DNA from: a virus
Length of the DNA stretch: 64,000 nt
IMG/VR virus record: IMGVR_UViG_3300045988_100686
Coordinates: 32,001 to 96,000 of that record
Reading direction: 5' to 3' (one strand)
A program made the position numbers and the translations under genes. Under the pieces are notes generated by a model that had not been told where the DNA came from, ran no database searches, and saw only the letters and a list, made by a program, of their open reading frames with translations. Each line of letters starts with the position of its first letter. The stretch's first letter is position 1. This document shows positions 45,988 to 53,290 of this stretch, piece by piece.

Positions 45988-47910
45988 TTATTTCATGGTT
46001 CTATCAATCAATGCATTATCTATTGCATTTCCTGCTAGACTTGATACTAGTGATTGACCTCTTCCTCTGAATATTATACCGTTAAGTAATGTTGTGCCAA
46101 CATTTGCAACGGTGTCTCCAAATGCTGCCAATTTTTCATGAAATTCTACGTTTCCTGCTGTTTTTAACATGCTCTGCTCTACATTAGAATGTTTCTGTAA
46201 TGCAATATTTACTGCTACAGGAGCAACTAGAGATATAATATCATCTGTTTCTGCTGCACATTTCTCTAGATTATTATAGTTATCTGTGGATATAAAATGA
46301 CTCATCACAAATGGTATCACAGGTTCGTTTATACTCGATGTTTTCTGCATCTGTAGTTCCTGCGGGGTTGGTGTTGCTTTCTTAGAGTGGAGTAAAGCTG
46401 CTGCTGCCGTTAAAATTGCCCAAACCTTAGGATCAGTTAGTAGCTTCTTGACCGTCGGTACATTATTGTACGCTGCGTAAAGTGCCCCAAGAGTATATCC
46501 AGTTACTGCAGGGTTTAGTGGCGGCTTTTTGTTTCGCAAGTACATCTCATACTGCTGAGGTGTCATTTGTACTGGCACAGTAGCATAGGGATCTTGTTGA
46601 ACTAAAATTGTTCCCGGCACTTGATCTCCTGCGATATTGGTACAGCTCTCCGGAATGCGAACTTGTCCGAAAGTTAGAGCAGGATTCATAGCCCATGCAG
46701 TACTCGGAATATCAATGTTTAATGCAGCTAACTTCTCTACACTGTCCATTACTGCAGGAAGGAAAGATGAACGCTTAATTAGGAATGGTTCAACTAATCT
46801 GCTTACCTGCTTTATGGTTTCTCCTCCAGGATTTGATACTGGTTTCGCTGCCAATAATCCTGACAATACTTCTCCAAATGAATCCAAGGGCAGGCCACGT
46901 TGAACGATAATTATTCTTGTAGCTTCACGAGGTTTCAACTGGATGGCATTTGCGAATAAACTCTTTAAAATGTCTGGGAAAGAATATCTTAATGCAAGAT
47001 GATCAAGCAGCGGAATAGGCAAATCTGGTTGCATTTCTTTTATCACCGGGTTGACCCCTGCTATTCCTGCGTTCATTACTCTTACTGCACCAGAGTTTAT
47101 TCGTTTAATCATTGCCAACTTATTAAAACTTGGTGTTGACGCTGTTTTTAGGAGTTCGTCGTCTTCAATATCAAAAGTACGTGCTACCTGAGCAACTGGA
47201 ATACAATTACCTAGATTTTCAAAGTAATCTGCACATTCATCTTGTAGACTGCGTTGATCTGCGCTGGCTACTTTTGATAACACATATGCAATTCTGTCAG
47301 CACGGTGGCGCACGATAGAAATATCAAAGAACGTTGGATTATAATTTATCATAAACGGTTGTTTGCCGTCGGGGTAAATCTTTTTCTTGTCATACTTTAT
47401 ATGAGAACAGTAGTCTGATTTTCTACGTGCTTTATTGCCACAGATGGAGCACACATCATAGGCTACTCTGCAACCCATACTTACTTCAAGCTGTTCCCCA
47501 GCTTCCTGCCTGCGAACAAACTCTGCACCCTTGATTTTATCAATGGCTAGAATAAGTTCTACGCGATGCATTTTTGGATTGTACCATGAGAATACTACTT
47601 TGCCATAATCTTGACTAGTAGGCTTATTGTCATGCTCTTTAAATACTTTTGCTGTTGTAACAAAGGTGTTGTGTCTAGCAATCAGGTCCTTTTCGGGGAA
47701 GTAGTCACCGTTAATATTGCAACCATAGTATTCACCAGCGCCCATAGCTATTACATGCAAATACATGAAACCTGGATCAGGGGTAAAAGTAGACAAGAAT
47801 TCTGTTATTTCAGGACTCTGTCCTCGTAGTTCATCAAAGTTCGCAAGTTTTACTCTTGCTTCACCTGTATTCTCAAAGGTACTTCCTAGAGAATATTGTT
47901 TACCAAGCAT
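45988..47910 (-). CDS. large head-module protein (possible portal or prohead component) with Cys cluster
   Basis: 640 aa containing CRVAYDVCSICGNKARRKSDYCSH. Shares the FFD-S/T-V-R-RADR-AY motif with the protein at 49921-50691. Confidence 0.4.
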   Translation of the reverse strand: MLGKQYSLGSTFENTGEARVKLANFDELRGQSPEITEFLSTFTPDPGFMYLHVIAMGAGEYYGCNINGDYFPEKDLIARHNTFVTTAKVFKEHDNKPTSQDYGKVVFSWYNPKMHRVELILAIDKIKGAEFVRRQEAGEQLEVSMGCRVAYDVCSICGNKARRKSDYCSHIKYDKKKIYPDGKQPFMINYNPTFFDISIVRHRADRIAYVLSKVASADQRSLQDECADYFENLGNCIPVAQVARTFDIEDDELLKTASTPSFNKLAMIKRINSGAVRVMNAGIAGVNPVIKEMQPDLPIPLLDHLALRYSFPDILKSLFANAIQLKPREATRIIIVQRGLPLDSFGEVLSGLLAAKPVSNPGGETIKQVSRLVEPFLIKRSSFLPAVMDSVEKLAALNIDIPSTAWAMNPALTFGQVRIPESCTNIAGDQVPGTILVQQDPYATVPVQMTPQQYEMYLRNKKPPLNPAVTGYTLGALYAAYNNVPTVKKLLTDPKVWAILTAAAALLHSKKATPTPQELQMQKTSSINEPVIPFVMSHFISTDNYNNLEKCAAETDDIISLVAPVAVNIALQKHSNVEQSMLKTAGNVEFHEKLAAFGDTVANVGTTLLNGIIFRGRGQSLVSSLAGNAIDNALIDRTMK

Positions 47911-47922
47911 CTCTTAGCCTCC

Positions 47923-48138
47923 TTATTTATCAAGGAGCATTCTGCCTATAAAGTCGTTCATGATTTCTCTTCCAGCTGCTTGGCTTGCTACCTTTCCAAA
48001 CTCAAGATTGTCTCCGTAGAAGCTGTCTTCAAAGCCAGCAAGGTAGGCTGGGAGAGTTAGGTCTTCATTAGCTCTTTCGGCAGCTGTTTTCTCATTTAAT
48101 TGAGAAACAAATAGTCCTAGCCCAAACCAATCTTCCAT
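47923..48138 (-). CDS. hypothetical small protein
   Basis: 71 aa. Confidence 0.4.
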   Translation of the reverse strand: MEDWFGLGLFVSQLNEKTAAERANEDLTLPAYLAGFEDSFYGDNLEFGKVASQAAGREIMNDFIGRMLLDK

Positions 48139-48833
48139 TATTTTACTCCTTTGAATGCCTCTCTACCAACAGCTTCTGCACCACTACGGATTACTGCACC
48201 CGTAAGCTGTGTTCCAAGAGAGCTGAAGTTACTCTTGTTAGCCTCACGATTGCGGAGCACTTGTCCTTCAAGACCCAGTAGCTCTCCCATTGTTGCCATG
48301 TTTAGATGGCCCTCAGCATCAAGCATAGATTCTAAGTAATTTGCAAGCAGTCTAGGTTCTGCCGCAACTGTTGGAGATGCCTTGATGATCATTGGCATAT
48401 ATCCTTTTAGAACTTCATATCCATGACGTTGAAGAGTCGGAGACATTTGGATTGCTGTGCGTAGAGATTCATCATATTTAGAAGCATTCATTTGGTTAGC
48501 AATGTAGTCAATTCCTTTTGCTGCGCCCGCTGCTACTGCTGCTGCACCTAAGGCACCCACACCCTGAAGAAACCCATTCTTGAGAGCCGGACTGACAGAG
48601 AATCCTGCTGCTGTTTTTTCTTGACCAACGGAGTATCCTCTTTGCCATTCCACGGGGCCAGAGTACTCTGTATTTGAACTGGCAGTTTTTTCGGCTTCAG
48701 CGGACTTATTTTGCTGAAATTCAATTGGGCCAGCATTTGCGCCTTTGAAAAGCATTTTTCTGCTCACTCTCCCTGTTAATTTTGTATTAAACCCACTATA
48801 TGGGGATTTTGGTATTGTTATTTTAGGTATCAT
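48138..48833 (-). CDS. hypothetical virion protein
   Basis: 231 aa. Confidence 0.5.
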   Translation of the reverse strand: MIPKITIPKSPYSGFNTKLTGRVSRKMLFKGANAGPIEFQQNKSAEAEKTASSNTEYSGPVEWQRGYSVGQEKTAAGFSVSPALKNGFLQGVGALGAAAVAAGAAKGIDYIANQMNASKYDESLRTAIQMSPTLQRHGYEVLKGYMPMIIKASPTVAAEPRLLANYLESMLDAEGHLNMATMGELLGLEGQVLRNREANKSNFSSLGTQLTGAVIRSGAEAVGREAFKGVK

Positions 48834-48835
48834 AG

Positions 48836-49078
48836 TTAATTGTTGCTATTCAGTATCATGTGTTTTGCAAGCTCAGCGGCTGCTCCAACTGAAATTGCCC
48901 CTATGCCCTGAAGCATTCCTTGTCTAACTGCAGGATTAAGATGTACTTCTAGGTGCCTATTAGCATCATGATCAAACTCTACTGGACCGTTGTTAAGTAC
49001 GTATGTCCCTGCTGTTTTTATGGTGTGCTTGCTTTGGAATTCAATTGGAGTATTCATATCAGTCGCCAATTTCTGCAC
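48836..49078 (-). CDS. hypothetical small protein
   Basis: 80 aa. Confidence 0.4.
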   Translation of the reverse strand: MQKLATDMNTPIEFQSKHTIKTAGTYVLNNGPVEFDHDANRHLEVHLNPAVRQGMLQGIGAISVGAAAELAKHMILNSNN

Positions 49079-49904
49079 CGTATGCTTGCAATACTCGTTT
49101 ACATGCTTCAGTTACATCAGAGGATGCTGCAATCTTAGTGTTCCATACATCTTCAGATCTTCCCAGTAAATCTGGGTCAACATACTCACTTGCAAGCTTT
49201 TCGGTGAATTGATTAAAAATTTCACGTATTGCAGGTTGTTGCTCAGGGAACATATTGAGGCATTCGTATTCAGACTCAGCTAATGATTTGTCTTCTGACA
49301 GGGAAGCCTGTTTTACAATTCTGTACATGTCGGTTAGAGCAGTCTCCTGGTCTAGCTCTGCTTTCATTGCAGCAACCCCCACATCTGAAGCGTTCTTTTC
49401 CATGTCACAAATTATTCTGCACATCTCACGTGAATCTGCATCAATCGCTGGTGCGTAAGCAGTATCACTTGCAGTCTTCTTAAAATCCTCGTTTATCCCG
49501 AAGATATCATCAGCAGACACTGCAGCTAGTTTTTCTTGGAAAGACTTTGAAAACCTTGAAACAGTGGAAATTCTAGGAAGACTAGATTCTACACTTGCGG
49601 CCTTAAAAAGTCCTGTTGTAGGAGCTTCAACTTTTACATCGTTAGCCTTTGGAAGCACGGATGATGTTTTAACTCCTAAAATTACTTCAGGACTAGCAAC
49701 TTCAAAGTCTGTTTCACCAGGGTATACTCTAAGAAATGCTTCTGTGTTTGTGCGTTCAATCAATCTTTGAGTTTGATCTGTATTTAGCCCTAAGTCGCCT
49801 GCTTTCTTTATGACTCCAGTATTTAGTGATACATGGTTGTCCATGAAATCTGTTACGATTTCTTGAGCGGCAGTCAACAGAGAGCTATCTGATACACTGG
49901 ACAA
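49059..49904 (-). CDS. hypothetical protein
   Basis: 281 aa. Confidence 0.5.
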   Translation of the reverse strand: MSSVSDSSLLTAAQEIVTDFMDNHVSLNTGVIKKAGDLGLNTDQTQRLIERTNTEAFLRVYPGETDFEVASPEVILGVKTSSVLPKANDVKVEAPTTGLFKAASVESSLPRISTVSRFSKSFQEKLAAVSADDIFGINEDFKKTASDTAYAPAIDADSREMCRIICDMEKNASDVGVAAMKAELDQETALTDMYRIVKQASLSEDKSLAESEYECLNMFPEQQPAIREIFNQFTEKLASEYVDPDLLGRSEDVWNTKIAASSDVTEACKRVLQAYGAEIGD

Positions 49905-49920
49905 TATAGTGCCCTCCTTT

Positions 49921-50691
49921 CTACTCTAAGTCATCAATTCCAATCTCTGGTGCAGGTCGAGTCTCAAGTGCAATCTTGAGTTCCTTAATTCCTCCATCAG
50001 CAGTATTGGCTGCCTTGAGTTCTCTATATATTTCTATTGTTCGTTTTACCCATTCTTGGGCACACTTCTGATCATCGTTATCGTCATTGTCAGCACGGTT
50101 AATTGCCTGTTTATAAGCCACTCCAAAAAGGTTTGCCAACGCTTTATCCATACGGATTTTTGCTGGCATGTTGAATACACTTGTAAGTACATAGTCAACA
50201 CCTTTCTGCTCTGCCATATTTTTTATGCGGGCGTCCTCTCCAATGGTGCCGCGCAGCAAGTATGCCATTCTGTCAGCACGTGTACGCCATACGGTAACGT
50301 CAAAGAATACATTAGCGTATGTTTCTACCATTGAAGACTTTTGTCCAAGGTCGGCTGCTACTTCTTCAGGCAGTAGTCCTGACATTAGCATAATTTCGAT
50401 GAGTTGACGCTGCTTTGTATCAAGAAATAGTCCCATACATTCTGCTATGCAAAAGTATGAATCAGTATAGTCTTCACGCATGATAGCGTCAACGATTTCA
50501 TCCGTGAGTTCGTCGTTGGTCTCAAACGGATAGTATACATCTATATCGCTTTTGAGCCCAAAAGCTTCTGGAGCTATTTCGTCATAAATTTTTAAATTTT
50601 TGACATCGCTCCTAATAGTGTCTATCGCTTTATATATTCGCCAAGATGGATGACGAATTTTGGCTGATGTATAGCGATCAAGCACACTCAC
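49921..50691 (-). CDS. HTH-containing protein (sigma-70 region-4-like / small-terminase-like HTH)
   Basis: TKQRQLIEIMLMSGLLPEEVAADLGQKSSMVETY HTH, followed by FFDVTVWRTRADRMAYLL, the motif shared with the protein at 45988-47910. Confidence 0.4.
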   Translation of the reverse strand: MSVLDRYTSAKIRHPSWRIYKAIDTIRSDVKNLKIYDEIAPEAFGLKSDIDVYYPFETNDELTDEIVDAIMREDYTDSYFCIAECMGLFLDTKQRQLIEIMLMSGLLPEEVAADLGQKSSMVETYANVFFDVTVWRTRADRMAYLLRGTIGEDARIKNMAEQKGVDYVLTSVFNMPAKIRMDKALANLFGVAYKQAINRADNDDNDDQKCAQEWVKRTIEIYRELKAANTADGGIKELKIALETRPAPEIGIDDLE

Positions 50692-50710
50692 GCCATCTCA
50701 CCTCCGCTAA

Positions 50711-52732
50711 TTAGTATCCTTGCTGTGGGAGCTGTAGTCCCAAGGAAGTCAGCACGTCGGTTAGTTTTTGAATTGCTAAACGAACATCCTGCTCCTTGAG
50801 GAATCCAAGTTGTCCTTGGCGAATCAAGAAGATTACCTGGCTTAAATAGCTTACGGCTCTCATAATACTATCGCTAGTTCTTTGTAGCATGTCCTGGCTA
50901 GCCATATTAGTCGCTGCAAGATTTGACATTACCATTGCATCCATTGTTTGGGGAGAGTTTATTGTTACAACATTCTCCATATCCTTAGATGTCACAGGGA
51001 GTTGTGCAGAAGTATTGATCCCTGCACCACTAGGATTGTTTGTTGACATCATCTGGGTTGGGGTTTGCTGCTGAAGCTGTGTCTGCATAGCGGCATCACT
51101 GTCATCACTGCCAGTCATTGTACCTTTACGGTCTCTTTTAGTCTTATCAGGGTTATCATTTAGAGCATCTGCCTGTTTTTCTACTGGCTCAAATACCTCA
51201 AAGACGCATTTACCAATGTTGCTTGCTACGTTAGTAATATTTACTGCATCCTCGTAAGAGCAAGCGTACTTGCTCATTAATGCGTAGGGGCAATTAACCA
51301 CTGAGTGACTAGTACCATCAATAATAATGTTCCCTTCGTTATCTCTGGAGACACTGCCATTCACGCCAGACATCGTAACAGTGTCAGTAATGTCTTCTTC
51401 GTTAGCTACTGCCAGTTGGTTATCTGGAACCTCATAGAAGGTATCTCCCATGGTGTAATCTTGTGGTTTATGTGTTATGTAACTATACAAACGTACAAGA
51501 TTTTTCCCGCCAGTGCGAATGACACTTTCTACCCTACCGAAGTCTTTTAAATAATTCTCCAGGATAATACCAACCATGCCTATAGCTGGAGTATCAGGTG
51601 TACCTAGCTCGGCTAGCATCTGACCACTTACCTCCAACCGTGTGGTTGATTTTATTGCAGTTGCGAATCCGTAACCATGATTTGATATAAACAACTCTCT
51701 GTCAAGGTTGCCATATCCGTCAGCCCTGTCTACATCAGCTCTAGTAAAATCTCTAAATGGTTCATTTACTGAGTCTGCCTTGCGATCAGTTACGCCACCA
51801 GTAAAGGTACTAACATTTATGATAATACCTTTTACTCGTGTGCCATCTTTGAGATACGCGTTTGATATAGAAATGTTTGGTACGCTACCTCTTCTGCTAG
51901 CCCTGAACATGTCGTCTTCATTGAATAAATCAAAGCTATCATCTGCTGCCAATGTTGTTAGCTCTTGTTCGCCAGGGATATGAATAGCGGCAACTTTTTC
52001 GCGATAGTCTCTTACAAGTGGTACACCATTTAACAATGCAGTACGCTCATATTCTGTAGCGCCTGCTAGTTTACAAAAGTCGCCAACTTGGGAGCCTGTC
52101 AGCTCCTCTCCATTTCCGAAGAATCTATCGCCATCTTTACTGATGATAATAAGATCTGGAATATCACTTGCTGCCATCTTTTCTGTTGCTTGCGGCTCTT
52201 CTGTTGATCTTTCATATAATGCAGTAAGCAACTCTGGCGTATTATTTGCCATCCATGTTGCTACACTTGCACTCTTTTCAATCTCACCAACTATCTTTTT
52301 TACGGAGTCTATACTTGCATACTTGACAGAATCTACAGTCTTTATGTGTTTGATGCGTCTGCCAGGGCCCTCGTAGTCTTCATCTCTCTCTGTAGCGTTT
52401 TCTACGGGCTCACCAATTACGTTATCTGCATATATTTTTTGTAAAAAAATAGGAGACAGTGGATAAAATTTTGGTTCTCCTGCTCCAATATCAGTTACCA
52501 GGATATCAATGGGTGCAAGTTTATTTGCACGGATAGTTACTGGTGCTGATGCAATGCCGCCAAGGAATTCAATGAGTGCGTCTGCGTTGCCAGTAGACAC
52601 GTCCATGTTGGACCATGTAATATTGGTTACATAAGATGTTGCCTCTGGTATGCTCTGAGCAAGTGTGCTCATTATTGCACTATTCCATGATTGCATATCT
52701 GGAGGGAGCGGATACCATAAATCTGGATTCAT
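50711..52732 (-). CDS. large hypothetical virion/packaging-region protein
   Basis: 673 aa with no Walker A motif. Function unknown. Confidence 0.5.
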   Translation of the reverse strand: MNPDLWYPLPPDMQSWNSAIMSTLAQSIPEATSYVTNITWSNMDVSTGNADALIEFLGGIASAPVTIRANKLAPIDILVTDIGAGEPKFYPLSPIFLQKIYADNVIGEPVENATERDEDYEGPGRRIKHIKTVDSVKYASIDSVKKIVGEIEKSASVATWMANNTPELLTALYERSTEEPQATEKMAASDIPDLIIISKDGDRFFGNGEELTGSQVGDFCKLAGATEYERTALLNGVPLVRDYREKVAAIHIPGEQELTTLAADDSFDLFNEDDMFRASRRGSVPNISISNAYLKDGTRVKGIIINVSTFTGGVTDRKADSVNEPFRDFTRADVDRADGYGNLDRELFISNHGYGFATAIKSTTRLEVSGQMLAELGTPDTPAIGMVGIILENYLKDFGRVESVIRTGGKNLVRLYSYITHKPQDYTMGDTFYEVPDNQLAVANEEDITDTVTMSGVNGSVSRDNEGNIIIDGTSHSVVNCPYALMSKYACSYEDAVNITNVASNIGKCVFEVFEPVEKQADALNDNPDKTKRDRKGTMTGSDDSDAAMQTQLQQQTPTQMMSTNNPSGAGINTSAQLPVTSKDMENVVTINSPQTMDAMVMSNLAATNMASQDMLQRTSDSIMRAVSYLSQVIFLIRQGQLGFLKEQDVRLAIQKLTDVLTSLGLQLPQQGY

Positions 52733-52777
52733 GGAGTAACCTCCTTTAACTTTATAAACATATTATACCTAAGGATG

Positions 52778-53290
52778 TCATCCTTTTGGCATCTGTTTTA
52801 CTGCGTCAGCAATTGTTTTATATAGAAGAGCTCCAGTTGCTACATTACCTGCAGTAGCTAGCGCTCCAGCGGCACGGGTCTCATTCTTTGTAATCCCAAG
52901 ATCCCTAAAGTTTAATGTACCAGACCCATTCTGGATTCTTTGCTTGATTGTCTTGTAAGTGATTAAGAATGATGGTGCTGAAGCAATAAGTGATGCTACT
53001 TGTAGTAAATGTGGTTTTTGACGTGCACTAATAAGTTGTCCAATGTCAATCGTTGTTCTAATTGCACCTTTGATAGCCAAAGCAGCGACAAGAACAAAGA
53101 TTTTACGAATAACAAGCTCTTTTTTGCTCAGCTGAAATCCATCTGTTATCTCTTCTTTTGACATTACTGTATGATCTGGGATTAAGTAAATAGCTGCTAC
53201 ACAGACTACTAGGGGAATACCCTTGCTTATTAAAAACCGTTTTACTTGTTCTCCAATTATATTTGCGAGCATTTGTTCGTCTCTGCCCAT
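52778..53290 (-). CDS. membrane protein (multi-TM)
   Basis: IPLVVCVAAIYLI and FVLVAALAIKGAI hydrophobic segments. Confidence 0.5.
   Translation of the reverse strand: MGRDEQMLANIIGEQVKRFLISKGIPLVVCVAAIYLIPDHTVMSKEEITDGFQLSKKELVIRKIFVLVAALAIKGAIRTTIDIGQLISARQKPHLLQVASLIASAPSFLITYKTIKQRIQNGSGTLNFRDLGITKNETRAAGALATAGNVATGALLYKTIADAVKQMPKG

Noticed and set aside
50711-52732. The 673-aa protein as RNAP beta-subunit partner or terminase large subunit
   Set aside because: I scanned it for beta-subunit signature blocks (GDK-AGRHGNKG, NMQRQ, EGQ-GEME) and for Walker A/B ATPase motifs and found none. It is left as hypothetical.
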